Of a stretch of DNA of 64,000 nucleotides, positions 35,930 to 48,949 are shown one piece after another. Under the pieces are notes generated by a model that saw only the letters and a list, made by a program, of their open reading frames with translations, was not told the DNA's origin and ran no database searches. A program made the position numbers and the translations under genes. The stretch is from Dicyema japonicum. Taxonomy: Eukaryota; Animalia; Dicyemida. The stretch spans positions 1,028,903 to 1,092,902 of the forward strand of contig RDEW01000005.1 in NCBI GenBank assembly GCA_011109175.1, given 5' to 3'. Numbering within the stretch: the stretch's first letter is position 1; every line of letters begins with the position of its first letter.

Positions 35930-36600
35930 CTTAGTTTTTCCAGGCTTTAAAATAGGGCTAATGATTGAATTTTTCCAGATGTTGGGAATTGTGTGCACAT
36001 TTACAGAGTAGTTGTATATCCTCGTCAATATCAATCTCTCCTAGGGCTCCATGTGCTTCAGGTGACATTCAGACACGCCATCACGCCATCGGAGCTACAG
36101 TCACGTGAATCCACAAGGATCAGATTATTTTCTGCACTTATTCGGGACTGAAAAAGTCATACAGTAAAGTCCCTTAAATTGGCTCAAAATTGTTCCTGAA
36201 CTAACGATGCATAGTGGTTGAGAAGCATGTTAGTGAGTTTTAGTGCATTCCTTATTGGTGTTAAACCGTCTTCATCTTCAAGCTGATGTTTGATCCGCTT
36301 CGCAATCTTATGTGATCTCTTGTGGTTGAGACATCTAATTATACGGTTCACTTCATGTATTGCCGTGAAATGGGAATGTTATGTTGTCTTATAGTCAATA
36401 GTACCTGCATCATGCGTTCTTGACTATTTGAGTATATTCCTCTCCCTTATGAGAGTAAGTCTGTGCGAGCATAGCTTGGGATTGAAGTCCTTGTATGATA
36501 GAGGGATGAATAATTTGTCCGCTTTTAGAATGGTACTGCTGGATCCCACGACGCCTCTTAGGAATTGAAAGGAGGATTCCTTCGGTTAAGTAATAAACGA
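35930..36600 (-). mobile_element. APE-type LINE RT N-terminal fragment
   Basis: IPNIWKNSIISPILKPGK, near-identical in motif to 26282-26400. Confidence 0.65.
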
Positions 36601-37048
36601 GGTGAGAATTAAACATACAGTTAATCGCGAGGCGGGCGATATTCTAACCATTACGCTACTTGGACAATAATTTCTTTTAAAAATATTAGCGTGGCAGAAT
36701 GACATTTATTATCTGATTTATCACCTTGTGAATAGCCTACTTCCTCCAAACATGCTGTGACTGCAACTAACCCAGGCTCAGCAACGGAAAAGGCTGTGAC
36801 CCTAAAGATAAAGACATAAGAATATCTCGTCAGTTCATTTTTGAACCAATCGCCGTGGAAAAGTCAGGAATCATAGTAAGCAAGTCACTAACCCTGCTAA
36901 ATAGGATCACATTGAAAAGGAAAACGATAGAAGAGATGGCTCTTGGCAAATCGTCAGGGGAAATGAGTTCCAAATCATGAGAGCAGCCAGTGATTCCTAA
37001 CTGTTAGTTTATATCTTTAATGGCTTAATAAATAAATTATCAATAATT

Positions 37049-39879
37049 TTATTTAGTTTTATTATATAAGCAATATTCAACAGTTTTAAATATATTGGTG
37101 ATTTGGGTTGCATTTTTTCTAAAATTAATACAATTAAAACGGAGTAATTGATGTACAACCGACTAGTCTCAAATTCTCCAATCTCTTACTACCAACTTTT
37201 AAATGTTTCAGTGTTCTGTTACTAAATTAATAATACATAATATTTAAACCTAAGTAAATGACACCCTGACAAATCTAATTTTGTAATATACGGACAAATA
37301 GTAGATATACACTTTATACTGATATCCGTTATCTACATTATACATCCAGCGAACCCCATAGCATCTGGCTAGTTTTAGGGTTTTGAGATATCTGCAATTT
37401 ATAGACAAAAATTTAACTCCAGAATCCGTTATTTTCTAATTTTAAATAATCATATAAAAACATGGCAATTTGACAAATCAAGATGTTCTAGTTGGAAATA
37501 TTGATATGTTAATTTTTGAAGTCCATTATCTGTGATTGAAACGCAGTCCATTAATGTTAACGAAGAAATCATTCTATTAAAGTTGATAGAAGCCAATGTC
37601 TAATTAAAATTAAATAAAGTACCTGATCCGTACATGAACATCCTGACAAGTCCAATATTTCAAGATTCTGCAAATTTGATAACAGTTCTAGATTTTGTGA
37701 GTTAATTTGGTCGCAGTAGCATAACCAAAGTGATTTTAGTCCAATACACCTAACCATTAAGTCAAAATAAACTTTCGTGATATCGACTGGATTGCAATAT
37801 TTCCAATTAAATAACAATTTGTGAGGTTTAATTCTGTGAGATGTGAGCAATGGCTTCCTTCACTAAAATTACGAATTCCGTTATCTGAAATTCTTGCAAT
37901 TGAAAATAATAAAAATACCGGACACAATTCGAAATATTTAGACTTTTTAAATTTGTGAACAAAGCAATGACTTTCATTCCCTTGTCGTTCAATGAAAAAC
38001 AATTAATGAGGCTTAGTGTCGAAATCAACTGACAGTTTACATGTGCGAACTTTAATGTTTCATTTGTGACAAAACTGGTATCTAAATGTCGTTTCGAATG
38101 TAAATACATCCAATTTCAATTTTCTTTATATTTTTGGCTTGGTCACAAAGATCGTGAAAAGCCTTATCAGTTAATCTCGTTGCCCCAATCAAAGAAATGT
38201 GTTCTAGGCTGTGCATTCTCTGTCCAATATACTTTAATATATTTGTGAAATTAACTTTTAGGCAAATATCAGTTATTCCCGGCACGTGATTTATTATCAA
38301 TGTTTTGACATTCACGCATTTATCTGCTAGTTCGTAGAATCCCTTTTGTGTAATCTCGAATTGTTAACTGTTTTAACCTGACCGCATCCAGAAATGTCGA
38401 GATATTCCAATATTCTAATCAAGTAACATTTTGTGAGAAAACAAATTCCCTTTTCGGTTATTTCTTTACAAAAACTAATATTTAAAAATTGTAAATTTTT
38501 GCAGTTTCTTTGAAAATTAAATTCATTTTTAAACTTTCCAATCTTTTGTAGAGCAACGTCCGTGAGATTTGTCTGTGAAATGTTCAAGTATTTGAGATTT
38601 TTATTTGATTTTACAATTTTGCACAAATGTGGATCCTGAAGACTTTAATTTGCAAATTACAGTTAAATATAAACAGCCTGAGAGATTGAGATCAATGATA
38701 TTCTGACAATCACCGACCACAGTGAAAGATATATGTTTGATTGGGCAGTTTTTTAAATTTAAGGATAATAAATAGGGTTGGGCTCGATTTAGTTGTCTAC
38801 ACACAAACTTATCAGAGATCCTATCAAAGTCAAAATATTTTATACCAGTGTTCATATTCGCTAAAGTTGATCTGAAAATATATTAAACTTTACTTTTGTC
38901 CATAAAATATTTGCTTGAACGATTGCATTCCAAGATCTCGATACGGCTTCACATCTGAGCAATGATTGAAGGTCTAAGTAACTGAAGATCTTAAATATTG
39001 TCAATAAATGTACAGCGGAACTAATGGAAATAGGTAATAAGGATATTTCATCAATTCCTGAGGTACCGTCCTTAGCGGAAGGACTTGTATTCGAAATATC
39101 TCCGACTTCTAAATTCTTTAACTTGAATTAAAACAAAAACTTCGAAATATTCCCTCGTACTCTTAGATTCCTGCGCCCTGCTGTCTCCATAATTTTGATA
39201 ATTAAGCGGGCTAAAAAGACTCTGATATGACTTTTTTGATTATAGCCAAGGCCACTGGGACTCATATTAAAACTAACTAATTCTGATTCCTCTTAATTTC
39301 GCTATATTTTTCCTTTAATTATTATAATTTTACTCTGAAAATGCTAAAATAATAAGATAAGCATTTCATTCTGTACATTCTTTCACACGTTTTTTGAAAA
39401 GTTTTCGTTTCATTTCTGTTGGCTTCTCCCTGATATGATTTTGCATTAAAAGGCTTTAATAAATATTTATTCACTTAAAATATTTACGGGTTGATTTATT
39501 TATGTAATAATCATAGGCTATTCTCTTAGATTCTATGGATGGCTTAAATTAGTGGGATGTATTACCTCGAATTCATTGTCAGAAAAAAATATTGAATTTA
39601 TGTGGAATTTTATCATATTCGTTAATTTTTGTTTTAGTCTTTCAGAAACAAACATATCCCTATTTTTATAAAGTCAAAATACCGAGCGATAACTGGATTT
39701 TCGTTAAATAATTTTGTGAGACAATTTATTATGAACTGAATGTGATTTTTGGTTGCACAACTATTAGTCCTGTCAAAATTGCCTGAATAATACAAGAAAA
39801 TAACCTCGTAAATTTCTGGAAGATTATTATTTTTAAAATATAAAATTAACGTTTGATCAGCTTGTTCGATTGAAACCAT
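37049..39879 (-). CDS. FBXL13: F-box/leucine-rich repeat protein, FBXL13 (DRC6)-like, many micro-introns
   Basis: F-box ISLLP...IFSYLDLQSLLRCEAVSRSWNAIVQANILWTKVN followed by cysteine-containing LRRs (LNLSGC, LNISQT, LDISGC, LNLTNC); N-terminal extension typical of FBXL13. Confidence 0.75.
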
Positions 39880-39984
39880 TTCAAAGTTACTACGGTAATT
39901 AAATTTTTATTAAAAAAAATATTAATTATTTAAATAATTGGATTTAACTACATGGAGATTAAAGACAACCAGAAGCATTCACTC

Positions 39985-40270
39985 CCCTATTCAGTCGCGG
40001 ACCAGGATTCCTCCGCTTCAGTGAGGGAGATGGAAACCCGCTTTGCTTGTCCATATCCAAGGCAAATAAAACCAATTAGCACAAAAGTTCCCTTCCCTAG
40101 TCGGATTCCTCTGCATGAATGAAAGAAGGCTCTTGCGTACGGTAGTGGGTACAATGGCAGACCGCAGATGTTGGATGGCTCAGTTGATTGCGGGAACTGG
40201 GATCAATTAACTGTTTGAAGTTTTTCTGTCTTTCTTTCTTGGTGATCCCGTGTTATAAATAAAAAATAAA
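39985..40270 (+). mobile_element. LINE-like 3' fragment (GSGF family)
   Basis: RGPGFLRFSEGDGNPLCL...QLIAGTGIN*. Confidence 0.7.
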
Positions 40271-40899
40271 TGGAGGAAAAGATGGGGGTCTTTTAATCGC
40301 ATATAACGTTCAAGGTGATTAAAAATGGTTGAAGTGATGATGTACCTCTATTTCAAAGGTTTTCAGAAAATAATTCTCGCTGCACACTAATCACACACAT
40401 TAAAAATGAAAAATGAAATTTTTTCGAATACGTAAAAGTGAGGACAAAGTTGGTAATTTAATGTGCAAATTTTTATTAATATAAAACAACAATAAATTAG
40501 AGAATGCGTGAATTGGTAATTGAATCATGATTCACTAAAAACAAATATAAAATTAAAAAATGAAATCCACTTAATTATTGTCGTATGTCATAAGAACCCG
40601 GGCCGTTGATACAGTCCGGGTTGATAAAGCCAGTCCATTACTTGAAATCATTAACAATCTCTAAGTTTTGTTTCAAGAGAAACAAAAAGAACAAAATATA
40701 GAAAAAGTTAAATCATACAGTGACAAATTGCTGAAGTGATCAAAAAGATGTTAACCACCTTCAAGCAAAAAAAGAACTGAAATAGACAGTAACCTTATAC
40801 CATTTTCGAAGATAGATAGATTTTATTAACACAACAAACTCGTTACTAATTAAAAACTAATTAAACAGGGAGAACCAATGAGTTTGTCCTAATTGATGG

Positions 40900-41700
40900 G
40901 GTCTGGCATAACAAGACACATATGTCTCCTCTTCGAATTATTGACCCCTTGCACCAAACAAGAATTATTTTTTCAAGTGGTGCAATATTTTTTCAATAGA
41001 TTTTCACGTCTTGCATAAATAGGCGGTAATTTAGATTTTAAATCAAGTCCATATGCCAGTTTAATAGCATATCTCCTCGATCTATCGATAAGCTCTACAA
41101 GAATACTTCTCTCTTCACTTTCATACCATCCTTGAAGCCATAAATCAAGAATGGTTCTATCCAAGCTGTATACACATAGATTAAAGTTTCCGGACTCAAT
41201 TGAAAACGTAGAAGCGATTTCAATATCGCTGTAGCTTTTTTTCTTGATGTAATTTATAAAGGAACCCTTCGAGTTTACACAAACACCAAGATACCTCAAC
41301 TGTTCCATGCACTTGATTGCTCCAGTATTAATACAAATTTTTGACTTATTTTTTGTTATTAACAATCCATGAAGCAGTACACTTTTCAAAAGATAAGGAT
41401 AAACCTTTATCTCTGCACCAACATTTAATTTTTCGATATGTGCTGAAACACGTTTCCAGGAAATCTTCGATCAAGCAGAAGAATGTGATCAGCATAAATA
41501 TGCATTTTCGAATTTGAGTGTTCAACCTTCGGAATGTCTCTTTTCGCTTGAGGGTGTTTTGTCTTTTCGCTAACCAACGCTTCAGCGTTTGATTATAGCC
41601 TTCGAGTTGTTCTTGTTATTGAGAGTGTCTTGGTCTTCCATGAATCTCCTTTATCCCCAATCACATAATAATCTTGAAACTTCAGAGTTACAAAACTGCA
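40900..41700 (-). mobile_element. Decayed RT C-terminal fragment (related relic at about 44480-44900)
   Basis: HIYADHILL and LRYLGVCVNSKGSF; DNA similarity to 44630-44690. Confidence 0.5.
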
Positions 41701-41839
41701 TTATCCGTATGTAAGGTTTTAGGTGGCCCAACTGATTAAAACATGTCTTCAAAAGCATTTCTTATATTTTGTAGAATTTACTTATTAGTTAGTAGAAATA
41801 AATATGCAAATTTTGAGTACCGAGCTATTACATTAATAT

Positions 41840-42430
41840 CCACAAAATAAAATTTTTGTTTTTTGATGGAAAAAGGGACCGATCCTTCGACCTCTTCCAT
41901 TTTCAACACTTTTCACGCTTAATCGATTTATTGAGTCAAAATAATTTTTTTTGTTTTTTATGGAAAAAGGGACCGATCCTTCGACCTCTTCCATTTTCAA
42001 CGTTTTTCACGCTTAATCGATTTATTGACTCAAAATAAAATTTTTGTTTTTTGATGGAAAAAGGACCGATCCTTCGACCTCTTCCATTTTCAACATTTTC
42101 CACGCTTAATCGATTTATTGACTCAAAATAATTTTTGCTTTTTGATGGAAAAAGGGACCGATCCTTCGACCTCTTCCATTTTCAACACTTTCCACGCTTA
42201 ATCGATTTATTGACTCAAAATAATTTTTTTTGTTTTTTATGGAAAAAGGGACCGATCCTTCGACCTCTTCCATTTTCAACATTTTCACGCTTAATCGATT
42301 TATTGACTCAAAATATTTTTTGTTTTTTGATGGAAAAAGGGACCGATCCTTCGACCTCTTCCATTTTCAACGCTTTTCACGCTTAATCGATTTATTGACT
42401 CAAAACTATTTTTTTGTTTTTGATGGAAAA
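41840..42430 (+). repeat. Tandem satellite A, about 6.5 units of 91-94 bp
   Basis: GGGACC recurs at 41875, 41969, about 42062, 42154, 42248 and 42339. Confidence 0.97.
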
Positions 42431-42499
42431 TCAACCCGGACAGTATCAACAGCCCGGACGGAAGCTATGAATACGACAATTATTATGAATTAAGTTCTT

Positions 42500-42998
42500 C
42501 ATTTTCTTTAACAGATAAATGTCTTGACTGAAACACAAGAAAAGGATTTCGTATATAAAAAAATATTTATAGTTTCAGAATTTCCCTGCCTACTTGCATT
42601 AACATCGTTTAATATTTGTAAAATATTTGACAAATAAGCAAATTTTATAGACCACAATGCATTCTGAATTTTTTGAACAAATTCAGAATGCCCTTCCAAT
42701 CAAAGAAAACTCGCACATCTAATTTTTCAACTCGAAAACTCTTGTTAATGCTTTACCCTTTGACAGCCTTCGTATTTCCGTATGAAATAACACATTTGTA
42801 AAGTTCGCCCTCATTTCATCGCAAATGGTAGAAAAAATACGCGACTTTTTTTATATAATTTATCATTCGAATAACATCATCCATAATAGATTTTAAATTT
42901 ATGGGTAATGTTTTATTACCAATACAAACAATGCACTTTCCGAGGAGCCTATCAGCTATCGCTTCCCTCAGGTGGAACACACACTTTATTTTAAGCAA
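42500..42998 (-). mobile_element. hAT (Buster/Charlie, ZBED5-like) transposase relic
   Basis: CVFHLREAIA..; DDVIRMINYIK; W..KFAYLSNILQILNDVNASRQG. Confidence 0.75.
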
Positions 42999-42999
42999 A

Positions 43000-43250
43000 G
43001 AACAGTTATCATAGCTAATCGATGAGGGAGAATCAAGGAATGCTCTTCACTTCTTTGTTTTCTTTTTGTTGGTTGTATGTCCTATATAGACGATCTGGTT
43101 TCGCAGTGAAATGTTCATTCGTCAAGCCAAAGCATAGAGATGCGTGGAACCTTCAACCGAAATGTACAGTATCGAGATTCTAACTAGCGACCTTAAGGCC
43201 CCTTGCCTGGCAACCGTTGCACTGCGCCACAACCAATACTGTTCGGTGCA
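43000..43250 (-). repeat. SINE family 2 copy
   Basis: Aligns by eye with 31320-31560. Confidence 0.7.
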
Positions 43251-43879
43251 AAAAACAATGTGATGATACTAACTCATTATTTTTAGATTTAACTAAAAAA
43301 AGTCCATTAAGACGACATAGACGGGGCTCCATCTGTACATATACCAACACAATTGGCAAATCAATATTATTGAATAATCATTCGATATCGTAGACATGTC
43401 AACTGCTCGAGTAGTAGTTAAGAGAAGGCGACGAACTGATTTATCCACTATAATAAGTAAGAATGTTATTTAAATTTATTCAAATTTGTATTTTACTGGC
43501 GGCACACACCCTTTGACAATCTATGCTCTATTTCATCAAATGTCTTCATCTATTGGATAAAGTATTTCTGGGTTTGGCACAATTTTGAGGTATTTGGACA
43601 GGCCCATCTTGAGGAGGAACAACAGGATTATTTTTAGATTTTTAATTCTCGAACGTTCCTGACTATGATGCAACATCTGGTCCTGACATAAGATGACTCA
43701 CATTGAAAAATAGTGAGGGTTGAACGCTTGAAAATGGTCCTCTTCCAAATAGGTAGTGATACTAGAATCACTAATTTTATTATTAAATTCTAACTTTTAC
43801 TGTCAGTATTGATTTTTACCATAATTTTTCTACATAATAATAATTCTTTAATCTAATGACGTATTTCGATCGTATTTAG

Positions 43880-44010
43880 TTGTGCATGAAGACCTGCTGG
43901 CATGAACACGTAATGAAAGTTTCCGCCGTGATCATGCACCAAATATTCTGAAATAGTCATCGCGTCATTCTAGGTTCACCCTTCCGCAGTCCTGCAACCA
44001 GAATTTCGTT
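43880..44010 (-). mobile_element. CRE-clade 3' fragment
   Basis: VAGLRKGEPRMTR.LFQNI, homologous to 29350-29540. Confidence 0.6.
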
Positions 44011-44099
44011 GGTATACACACCTTCAATCATTCAAGTAGTGAAGTTACCACAGGCTCGTATTTATTGGCCAAAATATAAAAACGAGACTCCTTACTAAA

Positions 44100-44410
44100 T
44101 ATGAAAATGTGGGGGCTATAAACCAGGAAGTGATAAAATCTCGCTGGCGACTTTTTTCATATTCTACGTGCAACCTTATTGTGGAAAACATCTTCAACCA
44201 AAATAGAATTGAGGGCTTTCGTGGACGGCAGAGAATTACGCTTCTTCTATGTCAATAGCACCAAAATTGGGGAGGAAATGAAAACAGCGGAAGACGTGGA
44301 TCACGGAAGAGAGCAATGAGGAAAGCTGGATGGAAAAAACTATTAGAGGAATAATAGGGAGCGAAACCTTAAGTATACATATGATTTTGAGAAACGAGAA
44401 AGTTCCTTAA
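44100..44410 (+). mobile_element. RTE-like 3' fragment
   Basis: MKTAEDVD..RRAMRKAGWKKL. Confidence 0.5.
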
Positions 44411-45169
44411 CTAAAAATCGTCTTAAGAGTTCGAATGGAGGCTGATAGGGTTAACTATATATCTCTTCTCTGTTGAATAACCTACTTCACATCTTCACGT
44501 AAAAAATGAATAATTTGTTGTATAAAAATTGTCAATTGTTCTTATATCACTCTCATATTTTGATGATATTTTGGATTTTCAATCTTTAAGTCAATTTGAT
44601 AGCATATCTACTCGATCTATCGAAAAGCCCAACAAATTTGCTTTTCCTTTTCATACCACCCTGAAAAATAAATCGGTAATAGTTCAATGCATAAACAGAA
44701 AAGACTGCTGATTTAAATGAAGAGTAGAATGAACTTAAGATAACGTCTTTATTTTCTACTGATATAACCTTTGAAATATCTTTTTTAATCTATACAAACT
44801 CAAAGATACTTTAGATTTTCCAAGGTCTTAATTTAGTCCTCATTTAGTAGTCGTTACTTTTCTTGCTTTTGTTGACTATCCGAGAAACATTTTTCACAAT
44901 AAAAACATGAAAAATATTTGCCCTCGTTTTTTGGGAATTTTTTAATTGGTGCTCTAACTGGGGTCATGTGTATAATCCTTTTTTATTGACTGCTCCAAAT
45001 TGATATTTGGTTTATCACAATTAAATACAAGTGGAATAGGAACAGACCCTCTAAGAACCCTTCCTCTAAACACAATTTTCTTCGATATTCGTCAATTGAA
45101 AAGTACATTGTAAATTTAAAAAAGTACGAAATTTTAAAGTATAAAATAACTGCAGCGTAAATTAATAAA

Positions 45170-46049
45170 ATGAGAATAGTACTTCAAACCATAATGACAT
45201 TTCTAATAATATTTATTAATTTCGAGTATATTCAGTCAGGTATTTTGGCTATTTTTATCAAGACAACTATACGGTGGCAAAATACAACAACCACGAATAT
45301 TACTTCTCAGTTGAACACCTTAATAACCATGATTATATCTGAAATGTAATGAGATCGGGGCATACCCAGCGGAAGTAAATGACAAAGCAGAAAATGATTT
45401 TCTACAAAGTAAATTTAATATAAAATTTTAGGTCAAATAAACAGTGATTATCTCATTGGAATTTATAAAAAGAGTAAAAATGAAAATATTTTGTTAAAAA
45501 ACAATAAAAATTCTGTTATAAATTATAATTTACTTTAGACATACACAAATTGGGATAAAATTAAAATATATTTGGATTTTTGGCCAAGATATCGAAATCT
45601 ACAGGAAAATGGTCCACCTCATCACGTGGCGCAGAACCTTATATTTGCGAAAAGGGTATTTCTTTTAATTTAACAGATCCTCCTAAAATAACCACAACTA
45701 CTATTACTACTACTACTACAACTACTACCACAACTACTACCACAACTACTATCCCAACTACTACACAGCGACTTCCGCAAAAACTACCCGGATTATTACC
45801 CAAACTCATTGATGAGCAGCAATCGCAAATCCGAAAAGAAACCCAGGTGAAGAAGTAAACTCAAAAGCAAGTCAAAAAAGTAAATATTATTTGTATAAAA
45901 TTAAAGAAGGTTCGAATACTTTAAAAATCGTTATTCCATTGGTTTTGGTTGGATTGATTGTTGGAGGAGTTTGTATTGCTTACTTCTACAAGTCAAATAT
46001 TATATTATTTGGTAGAAAAAGAAATTCAGCACAAATTGACCAATACTAG
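45170..46049 (+). CDS. Type I membrane protein: signal peptide, C-type lectin-like domain, Thr-rich mucin stalk, TM, short tail; contains apparent frameshifts
   Basis: MRIVLQTIMTFLIIFINF; HEYYFSVEH..CNEIGAYPAEVNDKAENDFLQ; TYTNWD; GKWSTSS..PYICEK; (ACT/ACA/ACC)n poly-Thr at about 45690-45765; IVIPLVLVGLIVGGVCIAYFY; KKRNSAQIDQY*; micro-introns. Confidence 0.65.
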
Positions 46050-47299
46050 TCAACTAATTTTAACAAAACTAACAGTTTAACACATTATTCTGCTAATAAA
46101 ACTAATTATTGTCATTGCACTTTTTGGGGTTAAATTTTAGTAAATTTATACTATGACGCATTTTTCAATCATTTGCTTCGATATAATCACACCCTGCATA
46201 TAATTGCATATATAATTTAATCACAAACTTGCGTATGAAAAACAAACTTTCACATAAAAAATCAAACTCTTTCAAATATTCAGCTACAATCTAAAGAACT
46301 TTTTCTTAACCAATAAACATTTAATATATTTTGTACTAACTCATTAATCAAATGATGTTTGCACTAAAATACTATTCATGCATTAAGGATAACCCAAAAT
46401 ATTTGTTATTATTTATTCCGCCGAAGATTAGAAATGTTTCCATTACTCATCTCAGGAACTCACACTTAATTGTTCTTTACAGTTATGCTAATTTATCCAA
46501 GACATCAAAATGTTCTTTTTATAGTTTTTTTCTTTTTGATTGTGTGTGTGAGTTCCAGAAAAATCCGCTTTCCAAGTGCTGAATCACTGCTGACATTTAC
46601 CTTCTTTTAGTAATTTTTAAGAAAAGCTCTTGTTTATAGACTTTTTTAACTACCATGTTGCCATTCCTGATCTGATGTTAGAAATATTCAATTCTAGAAA
46701 AGTATTTAATCATTTCTATGAGATACTGATCTAATTTGATCCTTTATCTTGCTATAACAGTAACTACATGTCTTTTGCGTCTTAATAAAATTTCTTGTTT
46801 AGTTATGATGACAACATTGCCTTTGTTAATGGTTAATGAACCTTTAAATATTAAGTGATAGAGGTACGCCTAAAGAAACTCCTGAGGATTGTCCCAATAA
46901 CCATGATCCTAAAGAGACATCTGAGGATCGTCCCAATGATTAAGAACTCTAACCATCAGGATAAAAAATCCTGAGAACCCTTAATCCGACTAAAGACAAA
47001 GAACCTTAAAGAATCCTAAGGACCAAACCACTAGCCCTAAAGATCAAGAACTTAATAAAGGATCCTAAGAACCAAACCACTAGTCCAAAATACCAACTTC
47101 CTATAATATAAAATTCCTAATTTTGTCATTTCTCAAAAAAGGTAAATTGTGAGCTATGACGTCATGTTGTTACTAAAAGACCGAGTGAAAGTTTTCAGAT
47201 ATATTGAGAGGGGATAAAGACAAATAATAGTCAAATTTTATATACACCTATATGAGGTTTTATTAGACTCGCAATCATTAGAATTTTTTTTTAATTATT

Positions 47300-47440
47300 T
47301 CAAATTTACCAGAAAGAAAAGGGATCAACGAGAAGGGTTATGGCTAAGACGAAAGATTGGAATAGCCATGCTCGGAGGGAACTCGTTCGCAATCCACGCA
47401 GCAGGCTTCCTCAACTGACATTTGTTTAATTGTTAAAAAA
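47300..47440 (+). mobile_element. CRE-clade 3' fragment (near-identical copy at 63045-63175)
   Basis: QREGLWLR.KIGIA.L.GNSFAIHAAGF. Confidence 0.65.
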
Positions 47441-47699
47441 AATTATTTCAAAATTAAATATTGGATGCAACGAATATCAGTTTAAAATATAAAATACATT
47501 GTCATCTGTAAATTTATATTAACCTATTCAAGTTCGGTTGATAGACCGATGCAGACTTATATTGGCGCAAGTCTGTTTTTGAGATTTTTATAAACATTAT
47601 CTTTAAACAAGTTGCAATCAATAATGAAAATCTTGTCATAATAAATGACTTTATTAATTTAAAAAATAATTACACTAATCTTCGTATCGATGTTATTCG

Positions 47700-48686
47700 G
47701 TTAATTGTTCGACTTTGTAATCTATAGTTCCCTCAAACTCATAAAAATATTGAAAGGTCTTTCCCGTTGAGGAATTGACTTTTTGTTGTAATCAAAGACA
47801 ATATCTTTGATTAGGGTACAAAAATTTCCAAAACAATCTCTAGAAGAAGATGTCAAAGACATCCAACGTTTAACAATTTGATAAAATCTGCAAAATTATA
47901 ACTTACAAATTACCTTTCGACTTGTTCTTGGATCAAGGGGGCTCGTGGCCCACCTCGGACATGTTTACGGAATATTTTCTGCATAAATCCTCCATTAAGG
48001 AATTGCAAAATTCCTCACCATTGTCTGTATGCAAGATCAGTGGCGATCCGACAAAGGAAAACATATTTCGTAACATGGCCACAATTTCTTCTGCTCGTTT
48101 ATTTTTAGTCAGCTCAACCATAACATATTTTGAGAAAAAATCCAAAACAACCAAAATCTAAACTTTATATCAGTAAATCATACCCATCATTCACTTCTGA
48201 GTATCCCCTTAGGTCTATTAAGTCAGCAATATAGCGATCCCTTGGTCTTCTAGCTAAGATCGGTGTTATTGGCGGTTCCGTGTTTAATAGTTTCTTTGAC
48301 TGAAAATAAAAATAAAAATACCTGACAAAATGCACAATTTGAGATTACTGTCCCAATCAAATTCCTACCAATCCCGTAATACTTCTTCCTCATTATCGAA
48401 AATAGTCGGTCTCTACCGAAGTGATTATCATTATGTTCTGACTAATAAATTGTGACTTTAAGGATACCTCTATTGTTTTTAGAACTAATTCATGTTCTTC
48501 ACAAAAAAACCGCAGTTTTTTATTACCGTGTAAAATATAGGCCTTTTCCTCTTCGAAAACAAATTTTTTAAAGATTTTCTTAAGCCGAAACCTGTCACGT
48601 GAACTGATCTCTCCTCCTACGTCAGGATTGTTACTGATTTCTTTTAATTTATTTAATTTTTCTTTGTTTAATCGCACTAGACGCAT
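47700..48686 (-). pseudogene. Ginger/GIN-like DDE integrase with four micro-introns, frameshifted
   Basis: HHCC finger EHNDNHFGRDRLF...NCAFCQ; RDRYIADLIDLR; VVLDFFSKY; LHTDNGEEF; QVER; introns 48442-48467, 48300-48321, 48163-48183 and 47888-47913. Confidence 0.8.
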
Positions 48687-48949
48687 TTGTTCACGTTTAT
48701 TATTTATTAATTTTATTTATTAATTATTAAAATTTATAGATATATTTTAATATCTAATGAAAGATTCATGAAATTTCATATTTTTAATTAATTTGCGAAA
48801 AAAAAACAATTAATTAGTTATTATGTGGGCTTGTGAAGAAAACTGTCTACATTTGTAGCGAACAGACCCAACTTATTACCCTCACCTAGCAGCTACCAAA
48901 TAGTTCTTGGTAGTGTCTACGTGACGAGCGACAAACTAACGTTCCCAGA

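Noticed and set aside
41856-42493. Repeated ORFs (FDGKRDRSFDLFHF…)
   Set aside because: Translations of satellite A; unit lengths vary out of frame.
48442-48467. U12-type 5' splice site (GTATCCTT) in a Ginger intron
   Set aside because: Single example in a 26-nt intron with no room for a U12 branch site; likely chance.
48825-48880. Hairpin upstream of the LINE as a self-cleaving ribozyme
   Set aside because: A stem-loop is possible, but no hammerhead (CUGAnGA/GAAA) core or HDV pseudoknot could be built.
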